From Octopus sinensis (taxonomy: Eukaryota): a DNA stretch of 64,000 bases. Where the stretch lies: contig NW_021832829.1 in assembly GCF_006345805.1 (NCBI RefSeq), positions 124,001-188,000 on the forward strand, given 5' to 3'. The translations under genes and the position numbers were made by a program. Of this stretch, positions 25,211-37,156 are shown in pieces. Positions within the stretch are counted from its first letter, which is position 1. Each line of letters begins with the position of its first letter. Under the pieces are notes generated by a model. That model worked only from the letters and a program-made list of their open reading frames with translations, did no database searches and was not told the origin of the DNA.

Positions 25211-28160
25211 TTATTGTTCAAATTTGTTTTTGGTAAGATCTACTTTAAACCTGAAATGGTATAGTTAGTTAACTAATTAACCTGTTAGAAAATTGAAATT
25301 ATCAATTTTTAAAGTTATTTTATAAATTTTAGAATGCCAATGCCTAGAAAACTAAATCAAAGTGAAAAAAATAAAAAGAAATAAAATAAGAAAAAGACGT
25401 ATGACACTTCTTTTGTGTTGCAGTTACACAGGAGAAAATATAAACCGTTTATAACTGAACGTACGAAGTCACCAGAGTATTAAAAAATGTGAATCTGATA
25501 GAAATCGACATTTATTATGATAATTCGTGCAGTCTGGATGACAAAAAATATTTTTGAAAATTGGTTATCTCGATTTAATGAGGAAATGAGGGAGAAAATA
25601 AGGAAAATAATACAAGTTCTTTAATTCTTTAATTCAGCTATGTGACCAAGGGATAATAACGGAATTTAAGAATCATTTCAATAACTGGATTATGAAAACG
25701 ATTGTCTATGATAAAAATCGTGTAGCACAAATAGATGAAGCAATAAAGAAAATCACAATATTGGATGCTATTTCATGTAAAAAATTGGCATGGGACGAGA
25801 TTACAAACACTTCAATACAACATTGCTTTGAAAAAACTTTGGAATATGACTGTTGGGAAAAAGAAAACACCGGAGAAAGTCTGATTAATTCGAATATTGT
25901 GGAAAATGCAATTTTAGAGAGTTTCTGGGATGATAACAGTAGTGAAAAAGAGGACCACAGCGAACAATTTCTGGAACATTTTGATGATCAATAAGTGCGT
26001 ATTCACAATGCTGCTAAATGTTATTAATCAAGAGACTCCGAAAAATGTACAGTCTGTACCAAAACATTATAATATTGGCAAATTTATCAATAAATCATTT
26101 GTATCTCTACTTATATCAATTTTTAAGTGTTAATTTTTAGCATGTAATTTCTAAATTGACTTATCTAACTATTCTTAAATAAATTAATTCTTAAAAATAT
26201 ATTACATGCTAAAAATATATTGTCATGTACCAAAACATTATAATAATTTTTGTCATGTAACAAAAGATTATAATATTTTCTAGTATTTGATGTTTTTCCC
26301 TCGAGATTTTAGTACAGCATCTACTCTTTTTGGCATTTATTCAATTAAACCTTTTATTTCTTCAATTTTAATTTCATTCCATATGATTTTCAGTTCATTT
26401 TTCAGATCCTCTATCGTTTTTATTCCACGAGCCATAACTTTTCGTTTCATTATTCCCCAAAGATTTTCGATTGGATTGAGATCAGGGGAATTAGGAGGCC
26501 ATTTCATAAGATTAATTTTTTGGTTTTGAATCCACTCAATCCTATCTTTTGCAGTGTGTGTAGGAGCATTGTCCTGTTGAAAAATGTAATTACATCCATC
26601 ATATAACTTTTGACCAGTTGAAATTAAATTTTTTTCTAATATTTCTCTGTATACTAATCCATTTACAGTTGAATCACTAATTGAAAGCGAGCTCAACCCA
26701 TTAAAACTCATCGCTCCCCACACCATAGCTCCTTTTCTGTAATGAAGCTTTTGATTTATGCATGAAGGATGAATTGTTTCATTTTTTTACGCCAAAACTA
26801 CGCACCTTTTTCACCAATTAACAGCAGAAACTTAGATTCGTCAGAAAAAATAAAACTTTGGACCACTGTTCTATAGTCCAGTTTATTTTCCCTTTAGCCA
26901 AAGCTAATCTTTGCTTCTGTTGTTTTAATGTTAGGAAGGACTTGCAAACAGGGGTTATGGAAAAAAATCCCAATTGGTTTAGACGTCTGCTTATTGTCAT
27001 TCGGCTCAAATTAATTCCGTGAGGAATAAGTTTTTCGGAAATTTCCTTAATAGAGATGAATCTATTTTCCATCAAAACTCTTTGAATAACTCTTTCTTCT
27101 CGTGAAGACGTTAATATCGGCCTTCCCTTTCCGACACGATTGTTTTTCTCGTTATTTTGCTTCCGCAACACGTTGGAAACTGATCCTTGTGAGCAATTTG
27201 TGATTTCCGCGATTTTGTTTTGACTAAGTCCAAAGGTATGGAGATTTAAAATAATTTTTTTGGTATCAAATGACAAGTCGCTTTGTCCTTCCATGTAAAT
27301 TAAATGTCACCGTCCAGACCGGCCGGGGCGCCAGATCGGTCAGGTCAATTATCTAAATACAAAACAAATATTTTTCCTACATAACATTTCATTGCAAAAA
27401 ATATTGATAATAAAAAAATAAAATCTTATTAATAAAAAAGTTCTAAAAAGTTGAAAAGATTAGCATTAATCAATGGTTTTAGTTGAACCAAAAAATTTAG
27501 TTTCAAGGAGAACAACACCTACATTTCTAAAAATGGCTCAAAGTTGCGTTTTTTTGTATCGAAGACACTGAACTTAAGTCAAAATTCATTGAAGTAGTGT
27601 ATTTGTTTATTTAAATTAGGCTCAACACAATCTTAATCATTTTGGACGTGATAAATTGGGGGTTAGGGTTAGGCGGAGAAAGTGGAAATATGATGAAGTT
27701 GAAAGTGGCGATTAAATTTTAATACGCCATGATGGGGATGCAAACCCGGGTTATAGAAAATACCCATTATACGACGAGATATCTGCACAAAAATATATTG
27801 TGAAAAATAGGGATCGAGAACTCGTAACGATAATTAATGAAAAAGATTAAAGGATACATATTAGCAGAGTAAAAAAACTTTAACTGCAAATATTCATGGG
27901 GTTCCTTCTGTGTTTTTTTTCTCGTGTCATATTTACTTAATTGTGAAATAATTGTGGCATTGTTACAAATTCGACGCGGCCGAAGGCCGCATAGGGAAAA
28001 ATATTCACATTGAATCATCCGGCCGTAGGCCGGATTGTATTTTAGAGTTTTAATGATAAAAATAGAAATTTACAACATTTTTAAAAATTAAAAATGGATT
28101 TTTCTAATAAACTTTATTGTTGAGAATTGTTTGGCTAACCTTGGTTAAAGCATTTTTAAA

Positions 28161-28556
28161 TTGCTTCTGTTGTTTTAATGTTAGGAAGGGCTTGCAAACA
28201 GGGGTTATGGAAAAAAATCCCAATTGGTTTAGACGTCTGCTTATTGTCATTCGGCTCAAATTAATTCCGTGAGAAATAAGTTTTTCGGAAATTTCCTTAA
28301 TAGAGATGAATCTATTTTCCATCAAAACTCTTTGAATAACTCTTCTTCTCGTGAAGACGTTAATATCGGCCTTCCCTTTCCGACACGATTGTTTTTCTCG
28401 TTATTTTGCTTCCGCAACACGTTGGAAACTGATCCTTGTGAGCAATTTGTGATTCCGCGATTTTGTTTTGACTAAGTCCAAAGGTATGGAGATTTAAAAT
28501 AATTTTTTTGGTATCAAATGACAAGTCGCTTTGTCCTTCATGTAAATTAAATGTCA
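28161..28556. repeat. Direct duplication of 26911-27309 (Tc1 5' part plus TTAAATGTCA junction)
   Basis: About 400 bp near-identical, with a few single-base indels and one substitution. Confidence 0.93.
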
Positions 28557-30597
28557 AACATCATCTACGATATGCGAAGATCTGTTTATCGGATACGATA
28601 CGTCTCGGACAATCTGTCGGACCTTGAGGTATCAATGAAAAAGCATTTGACACCGTATCCAATACAAAACATCTCTTCGAATATACAAATTGAAAAACTT
28701 GATAAAATTCTCAGAGAAGCTATACTGGACTTTCTCCGAAAATCTTCAATCAGGAAATACATCATGTCAAATACTAACAGAAAAACCCGGATTGACGAAT
28801 CTTTGGGAAAACTTATAAAATGGAAGGGAAACCTTGAAAAGAAGCTAAGACGATGCAGTGACCCCATAGATCGTATTCGTCTTCGGGATAAGATTCGTAC
28901 CGTGAAAATAGAGATAAATGATGTCGCAAAAAAACATTCAGACCTTGCTTGGAAGAGTCAATGCTCGAAACTGAATAAGAAAAACCTCATTTTTGGAAGG
29001 TTTTCAACAGACTGAGTAATATGGAGAACAAAGGAGAAGAGATCCGACTAAAAACAACTGAAGGAATAGATATCCCGCTCGATGAAGTTCCCTCACATCT
29101 GCGAAGTCAACTGGCAAAAGTTCAAGAGGTGGATCCGATCGACATGGTTCCGAAAGAAGTTATATGTGAGGCTCAGAGAAGTCTAAGAGCAAATTTGAGT
29201 CATACGGGACCACTGTGCAGAGACATAACGTTGGAAGAAACGTATGCCGCAATTATGAGCTGCAAGAATAATGCACCCGGCCATGACTACATTCCAATTT
29301 CTGTATTCAAACATGCTCCAAATATTCTCCTACGATACTTGACCGCACTATACAATGCAAGCTGGAGACTTGGATACGTACCGGACTCTTGGAAAAGTCA
29401 ATCGTACGTATGATTCCAAAGCTGGAAAAATAAAGGACCATGCAGAGAACTATAGGCCGATAAGCCTAATATGCTCCGTCTCTAAAATTATGGAACGGAT
29501 TGTCTTCACAAGACTTTCGAACTTCGTAGAGGAATCAGGTGCACTTGCAGTAGAGCAGTGGGGATTCCGACGAAAAAGATCCTGTGGTGATTGTTTCGGA
29601 GAACTCGAGAAAGTCATCTCGCTTAGTCTTGCTAATAATACAGCGACTATTGCTATCTGCCTCGATGTCTCAAAAGCTTTTGACAGCGTATGGCACCTGG
29701 GCCTCTTGGAAGTGTCGCCAAGAGCAAACCCGGTCTCTAAAAACGGTCAATTGGCTGAAGAGCTATTTATCAATGAGGAGGTCATAGATACGATGCGGAA
29801 ACCGTTTGTCGGAATCTGTCGATCTCAAACAAGGCTCGGTCTTGAGCCCTCTGCTTTTTAATATTTACGTTGCTGATATTCCAAAACCGAAAGATCCTAC
29901 CAGTCGTCTCATGATCTACGCGGACGACATATTAATAACGGATGCTTCGTGGAAAAAAGACATCTCGTGGAGGAAATTAAAAGGATACGTGACAAGAGTG
30001 GAAGAGTGGTGCATATCAAAAGGACTGACGCTCGCAAAAGAAAAGTGCACCGCCACTTGGATTGCAAAACAGGGAGCTAAACGAAAACCGCCGAGAAACC
30101 TCTATGGGTTTACAGTAACGGAGAACCTGAAATACCTTGGGGTTGAAGTTGGATCCAAGGGTTCTTACTTCAGATACATCGACTCGAGGAGAAGGAAATG
30201 CGCTCAAATTCTCAGGAGCATAATTCACTTCCACCTTTGCCCGGAAACGTTTTTATATGTTTATAAAACGTGCGTCGAACCATTGCTTACCTACGGGTTC
30301 GAGGGATGGTATCCTACTGCTGAAAGGGATGGCATTATCGCTAAGCTCGAAAAGACGAGGCGATATGCCATCAAATTGGCAAATGGACTCCAGTTGGACC
30401 AACCCATCCCTCAAGTGATGGAAGACGCGACGGAAACGGTTGGAAGTGTTCTTGAGAGAGCCTTTTCCTCTCGAATTAAATATAAAAAAAAAAAAAAAGG
30501 GAAACAACGAAGAAGAGGCATACGTTGTCTCATTAACTTTCTCCCTCTTTTTTCGGCTTTTCCGTTAATAAAAATTCATTCATTCATTCATTCATTT
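28557..30597 (+). mobile_element. 5'-truncated, frameshifted LINE (RT) with (TTCA)n tail
   Basis: NAPGHDYI, YRPISLICSVSKIMERIV, QWGFRRKRS, LDVSKAFDSVWH, QGSVLSPLLFNIY, YADD and LKYLGV. Tail TTCATTCATTCA at about 30575-30596. Confidence 0.9.
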
Positions 30598-32007
30598 TTA
30601 AATAAAATGCAAAATCAATACGGTAATTATCTGGAAATGACTCGATGTTGGTTTTTTATGAACTCAGTAACTTCAATATTTTGGCAAAAATAATATTAAA
30701 ATCAACAAAAGAATGAACAGAAAAAGAAAATAAATTCCGAAAGGTAGTTTTTATTAAAAATTTTATACATAACCGATCTGGCGCCCCGACCTATCTGGAC
30801 GGTGACATTAAATAATAACGTGTTAAATTTAAAATAAATTTGTTTTTGTATGAAAAATATAAAAATTATTATAATGTTATGGTACATGACAAAAATTATT
30901 ATAATGTTATGGTACATGACAATTTGTATCACCCCAACCAGTGATCTCGTAAAATCAAATAATTTTTTAAATAGTTAAAGAAAGTAAATTTAAATTTGGA
31001 TGTAAAAAATTAAGTCATAAAAATGGATATTTGTGAAAATAGAGTTATATTTTAACTAAATTTACGAGTATTATAATGTTTTGGTACAGACTGTACTTGA
31101 TCTATTCAGATTCATAGCAAATATTATGAGTCTGATGAACAAAACACTCAATTGCAATTAACTGGTTTTTTATTGAAAAATAAAAATTGTAGTTATCCAT
31201 CTTGGTTATATTATTAAAGTAAAATATCGAACAGAAGAGATTTTTGGAGAAAACCTCAAAATTGGGGAAAAATTTCCCCAATTCGGGGTCGCACTATATT
31301 ACTTTTTGTTAACAATTTTTACTAAAATAAATTCCATGATGACATTTCATACACAATAACAATAATAATTAAATTCTCAATTACCCTAATGATTATTTGC
31401 CATTTTATTTTCAAGTTTTTCTATTTGAAGGGTTTCATTACTAAAGGATACTCGTACAAACTTTTTTGATGCTTAGTTTGTCTAATTTAAAATCCAGCGG
31501 ACTTTTCTCTTCAAATCAGTGACCAATCTTTTTTTTCACTTTCTATACTTGCTTCAGTTACAAGGCTACAGTCTGATTTATCTGCTCTTCAGTGATTTAT
31601 AATATGTCTGTGTTCACAAATCATAGTCCCCAATGCTTTCTTCAACACGAAGTACTTCAATACATAACTTTGTCAGCATAGTTCTTTAAAACACGAAAAA
31701 AACACGCCTCTCCATTGCCGTAATCAGCGGCAACTGTTTTGCAATCAGTGAGGCTGGGAGGGCGCCCTAAATTGCGTAGTCTTAAACAATCTTTCTCCTT
31801 TTCTAACTGTCTTTTCCAATAAAAAAAATTTGTCATAACAAATGGACTTATTTTGATATGCAGTTAAATTTCTCAAATTCTGTCAAAATTGGCAATTAAG
31901 TGAAATAACACATTTTTTAATCATATTTTCTTTGTTTTAATTTATATATTAAACAAATATTTTGTAACATTTAATATAATAATATATTATTATAACGTGG
32001 TTGTATT

Positions 32008-32440
32008 ATGGTTGGTTGTTTAATTAAACTCATTTTAGGTTTTAATACGAAAGAGAGGACGGAAAACAGCAAGGCGACCAAATTTCAATAAGGTCCACCC
32101 AGTTAACAACAAACCCAAAACCAGGAAATATATGATTGACTGTTCAGCAGCATCAGAAGACAAACTTCTAAAACCCGAGGACCTGGTCGAATATCTTACC
32201 AAATCTATCAAGGTCAACGGAAAAACTGGAAATTTGACCAACCAAGTTTCCATTTCTACCCGAAATGACGTGGTCACCGTCGAGATATCTGTACGAATGG
32301 CTAAGCGAGCAATGAAGTACTATACCAAAAAATTCTTGAAATATAAGCAAATGAGGGATTATTTGAGGGTTGTGTCAAAAGATAAAAACTCATATCACCT
32401 ATGCTACTATAAAATGGAGGGTGAAGATAATGAGGCCTAA
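32008..32440 (+). CDS. RPL22: 60S ribosomal protein L22 (eL22)
   Basis: ATG followed by intron 32011-32038, then YMIDCS...KVNGKTGNL...KRAMKYYTKKFLK...LRDYLRVVS. Confidence 0.93.
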
Positions 32441-32949
32441 TTTTGATTTTTCGGATTCTTAATACTTTTTTTCCTTTTAAATGTTCTTAATCAATTATTT
32501 ATGAGTGTTAGTTAGGCTTATGATGGCATGTTTTTTCAATTAGTTACCAAGTATGAATTAAGATTCGATTATTTTAAATGATGATAAAGAACTGCACTTG
32601 GACCTGAGATAACAGTATCCGGCACCCTTCAGGTCTGATTGGTAGATGAATGTTGTATATAAAATTGATTTTTTGAGTGGAGTGGACACTTTAAAAAAAT
32701 TTGTAATAATAGCGAGAAAAGTATGATATCAGAACTAAGTGTCAATTTGTGACAACCGAGTGTATATTTAAAATTGAGTTCAGTCAGAGTTGAAAGACAA
32801 ATGGGTTGAATATTTTTTGGCAAGTTTTAAAATTGGTAGTAGGCTGACTAGTAGGTTGATTCAAACACTAATACGGGCATTGTGGCCAATAATGTTTAGT
32901 ATTTGAATTTTTTTAATAAAATACAGATCGAGCAAATGTGATAAAAAAT

Positions 32950-33715
32950 TAATCGAAAGGAGAGCCAGCAGCCTGGCAGATCGCCAAACTGTTCCCCAGG
33001 ATAACGGCGATCGAGAACCGCTGAAAAAGCCAGTCCACCTCCCGAGGATCGTGAGTGCGCATGAGATTTTGGCCCCGAGCTTGTGGAGGAACTTTTCCAT
33101 CTTTAGACCAAGAGCACCCGACGACTCAACCGCTATCGGCATCACGAAAAACTCATCTAAAGGGCAGAATATTTGGATAGCTTTAAATCTTCAGCCTTCT
33201 TAGCAGTAGATTTAGTCTCCAGAGCACACTAAGTTAGATGTGAAGCAGAAAAAGTATCCCAGCAGGTTGCGTCCCATACGAGGCCTTTTCCGCCCTCAAA
33301 AAGGAAAAGGCTCATCCCATCAGGACGTTTCCCGTCATCGCCATCAAGACCCGGTGGTTCGAGGACCGAAGGAAATCCCGCCGAAATGAGGACCCTCCGT
33401 ATGATGTCATTCATAGCCGAGTGCCTCGGAAAACGTCCGGCACTTCTCCTGCACGATAAAGGATGCAGACCGAAAGGATCAACAGTGCAGCCACAACGAC
33501 ATACGTGCAGGACACATTGTCTTAGTCAGAGGCGCAGAGAGATTCCGATCCTTACCGATTCATCGTCAAGGAGAGTGCCAGATGGGGCGTTCGGGAATGC
33601 ACAAAGCCAAGGTCCACAAGCCGGGGATGCTGCCGAAAGAAGGCAAGCGCGGCGGTGTTGGTTGGACGACTCGAGCAGCAGATTGCAAGTTTGCTTGCAT
33701 CATATTCGATCCCAG
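32950..33715 (-). mobile_element. 3' fragment of a CRE/SLACS-type non-LTR retrotransposon
   Basis: TLLDDESVRIGISLRL, CRCG...HPLSC...[30 protein letters not shown] and PIAVESSG. Confidence 0.85.
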
Positions 33716-34564
33716 GCTCGTTGAGACATTCGATCTTCCGGAAAGTCAAGACCTTGTTCCTTCCAGACTTCGCTGAAATGAGCCACATTTGCCAAAAGAA
33801 AAGAGAGCTAAATATGAAAATGAGTTTTGATGAAATACAGAACTTGTTTAATAAGAATTGAGCAAGATTCGAGCCGATGTGACGCACGTGACTGGAAACC
33901 GATTTGATTATTGAAAGTTGACTAAAAAGAGAATTTCCCCCTGATCTTCTAAGATGTCGATCCCATCAAAACCTAGGCCATCTTGAAAATTCTAACACGG
34001 GGCTTACTAATTTTCAGTGCACTCATCCAAAAAATTGATTAAAGTATTCTCTGCACTTTAAAGAACAGCGAACATATTTTCGGTCCGATCATTCTATCGT
34101 CGAATGAACTAAATCTAATCTACCAGCCCCACTGAATAGACTAAACTCGTAGGATATTGGTCTGTCTAATTTGTATTTTTATATGTGAATAGTTTGCGTC
34201 GATCTTTTGACTCGAGTAATAATTCTAATTTTACCTCTAAAGAACTTATTATTATTGTAAGAACTGAATTTTATTTTGTTTGCCTAAATATAGAATTCTC
34301 AAATTAAATCAGTTATACGTGTGAATAATCGACAATTTTTTTAATTCTCGTTTCATATTTAGTCAGTTCGAGTAAACAAGTTAAAAAAATATGCGGGTTG
34401 CATTTCTTTACAATTTGGAATTTTACCTTTCATTTTATATATTAAATTAATGAAAACAAATCAATATCAAAGAAATATACTTTTGTCCCTAAAGCTTTGA
34501 CGCAATGCATCACTAAGCACCCTAATAATTATTTGACCACAAAAAATATTAAAAGTGAGTATTA

Positions 34565-34821
34565 TTAGTAAGTGGTGGATCCCCCGACTCCAAAGAAATT
34601 ACCGACTGCCCCAAACTGTTTGTAATAACCTAAGAAATGACATCATTTGGTTGACCTTTTCGAGACCTTGTGCAATATATTTGTTTCTGTTGATTTTTGT
34701 AGGCCTCTCTTTGCTTTAAAAGAGTTTCGGTTATTAATGACTTGATTCGGTTCTGCTCGATTTGAGAAGCCAGTTTGTGGTTGAACGTTAATTTCCCGTC
34801 CCTGAGTTCCCATGATGTCAT
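34565..34821 (-). CDS. Candidate small spliced orphan gene (76 aa, or 62 aa in an alternative frame)
   Basis: Removing a 26-nt GT-AG intron (34630-34655) extends the ORF to a stop at 34565. No recognisable homology. Confidence 0.3.
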
Positions 34822-35064
34822 TGGAAGCAGCCTAAATATGTGGGGTAAACGAACTGTCAAAATACTCTTAATCTCACAAATTTATTTTATTTTTTTCAAA
34901 TACAAAAAATTTTTTAAATAATTAACAAAAAAATCATTTAAATTTGAAATAATCGACTATATATTTGTTAGATCTATCTTAAAAAACTTTCATAATAACG
35001 AATTTTAAGATAATTTTTCTGGAATTTATACGTTTATTAAATCCATAAATTAAGTTCTCTAAAC

Positions 35065-35560
35065 CAGGCATGCCCACGAGCATTTAATTGATGGTCCTTT
35101 TTTGATATCTAATGTTTAACAACAATATTAGTTACAATTCAAATCAAATAAAATATTTTATTCCCATTACCAACTTAGTTATATCGGGCTCAATATTTGA
35201 CAATAATATTTGTAGATCACCTCTATTGACAACATAAAGTCTATTCCTAGTTTTTGAAGTGATACTGCTTTGCTGAAGCAACATTCAACAAATAGGTTGA
35301 TGAAAAATTAACAAAAAATTGACTTCTCGTCTGGACTTTGTTAAATCAGCGTTTATTTAAAAAATTCTTAATGCTTTTCGAAAGCTTAAATTGCCATAAT
35401 TTCAGATTGCAAATCTATTATGTACTTTTTATTTCGATTTCACCTGCGAAAGTTTTTATGAATAGATTAATAATCTATAGGGGGATAACTAAGTTGAAGA
35501 GATCTATATATCATGTTTTAACATCAGTGTACATTTAAAATGGCGTAATAATTGAGAAAT
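35065..35560 (-). mobile_element. hAT-Buster 3' end remnant
   Basis: Terminus CAGGCATGCCCA preceded by CTCTAAAC (nnnTAnnn). Decayed dimerisation-domain motif KTRNRL...DLQILLSNIEPDITKL. Confidence 0.6.
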
Positions 35561-35619
35561 TAATGAATTAATTAAAGTGGCAAAATATTTTATCCAGATT
35601 GCTTCGTATCCGCCTCCTC

Positions 35620-36310
35620 CTGCCAGATTCATGAACCGGGATACAGGGCGTGTGCTCGACAGGTTCCACTAATGTCTCGTGGTCGGACATCATTCAGTGT
35701 CTTCCTTCCGACCAAACAATTTTAGGTCGTCCATGAACAGCAAGTGGTTCGTGGAGTATACCTGAGGACTATTGCGGACTTGTCCACTAGCAAATTTGGG
35801 AATTTTGCATTCAATATTCAACTCAGGGGGTCCAGAACAAGAACAAAAATTTGCGGCGATAAAGAATCACCCTGCAAGATCCCTCTCTCCATCTCACTTC
35901 ACCAATCTCTTTTTGATTAAATCTCAGCTTGATCTTCCATTTCGTGACAAGTCCCTTTATAAAATCCACAATCTAACGGGGAGGCCGGAGTTCTCAAAGA
36001 TTTGGTACAGAAACTCGTGGTCGATAGAGTCAAAAAAACCTTTTTTACATCAACCCAGGAAGAAGGCAAATTATTCCCATTTTGTTGATGGATACATTGG
36101 TTAAGCAATGCCTGCTCTTTGGCTCCCTGGCACATTCTTCTCGTCCCTAATTGATTGTCGCTGATCAAATTGTATGCTTCAATGTAGTCCGTCAATTTTC
36201 TGTTCACACATTTTGTTACAAGTTTATATAGATTTGGCATGCAAATAATCGCCCTCAGGTCCTTGGATGAGTCACAATTTTTTTTGGAATAAGATGGGCA
36301 ATTCCGGTGT
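35620..36310 (-). mobile_element. RT core remnant of an REL-type non-LTR retrotransposon
   Basis: NQLGTRRMCQGAKEQALLN, WVDVKK and NHLLFMDDLKLF. Confidence 0.8.
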
Positions 36311-36409
36311 AGAATTTTTAAAGTTTTTTTTTTGTTTTTTTATTTTTTTGTTTTTAAATTATTCATTTTTATTTGTTTTTCTTTATTTTTTTGTTATTTT
36401 CTAAAAATT

Positions 36410-36991
36410 CAACCGGATTGAATTTTTAAACTCCTTAGATCCCTCTGGAATGCCGAATCATCTTTTAAAGTTAAAGATAGGCGTTCCAGTGGTTTTATTA
36501 CGAAATCTTGCGCCACCTAAATTATGCAACGGAACGAGGTTAGTTATCAAAAATTTGATGGCTAACGTAATAGAGGCGACGATATTAACAGGTAAGTATA
36601 GAGGTGAGGATGTTTATATTCCACGAATTCCGATAATTTCTGATGAATTACCATTTAGATTTAAAAGGCTGCAATTTCCTTTGAGGATGAGTTTTGCAAT
36701 GACAATAAACAAGGCCCAGGGACAGTCATTAAAGGTAGTTGGGTTATTTTTAGAGTGAGTGCTTTTCACATGGACAGCTGTATGTGGGATGCTCGAGGGT
36801 AGGCAGAAGAGAAAATTTATTCATATATGCCAAGGAAGGACGGACGACAAACATCGTTTATCAACAGGCGATAGAATAGGGTTACATTAAACCAGGTAGT
36901 TTTATACATCTACATAAACTTATAGTTGTTTGATGAAACAGGCCCTCCGCAGGAGCTAGGTCGCGGTGAGCGAAGCGAGCTGCCGAGCTAG
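36410..36991 (+). mobile_element. Helitron 3' end (PIF1 helicase C-terminus, hairpin, CTAG)
   Basis: [54 protein letters not shown] and FSHGQLYVGCSRV (frameshifted). A GC-rich imperfect hairpin precedes CTAG at 36988-36991, followed by T. Confidence 0.92.
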
Positions 36992-37156
36992 TAAACCAAT
37001 AAAAACCATTGTAGCGTGTAATTTAATTATAATTAATTATTGATTTTTAATCAGATTAATTAACAAATTATGATTGTCCAATGAAAAAAATTATTGTTTA
37101 TTAAAATAAATAACTCGGGTTCCGGTTCCGCCGTGGTTCGGCCTTTTACCGGCGAC

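Larger units (their letters stand above)
27305..30807. mobile_element. TIR element with TGT...ACA ends and 5-bp TSD (Ginger-like, non-autonomous)
   Basis: 36-bp TIRs (33/36 identical) at 27305-27340 and 30772-30807, flanked by TTAAA on both sides. Family assignment is inferred. Confidence 0.75.
26050..31093 (-). mobile_element. Tc1 (DD34E) IR/DR-type DNA transposon carrying a nested 3.5-kb insertion; about 1.54 kb when empty
   Basis: 25-bp perfect TIRs CAGTCTGTACCAAAACATTATAATA with TA TSDs. Transposase 26337-27294 has an HTH, SDESKF (frameshifted) and QQDNAP...WPPNSPDLNPIE with 34-residue spacing. Confidence 0.92.
25335..31296 (+). mobile_element. Decayed pogo/Tigger element interrupted by the Tc1 insertion
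   Basis: WMTKNIFENWLSRF, CDQGII and ITILDAI...LAWDEIT...CF are TIGD motifs. Coding-like sequence resumes after 31095. Candidate right end GGGGTCGCACTA|TA at 31296; left end not found. Confidence 0.6.

Noticed and set aside
32008-32131. Basic N-terminal extension of RPL22
   Set aside because: Only about 11 residues longer than the vertebrate protein, and variable extensions are common in invertebrate eL22.
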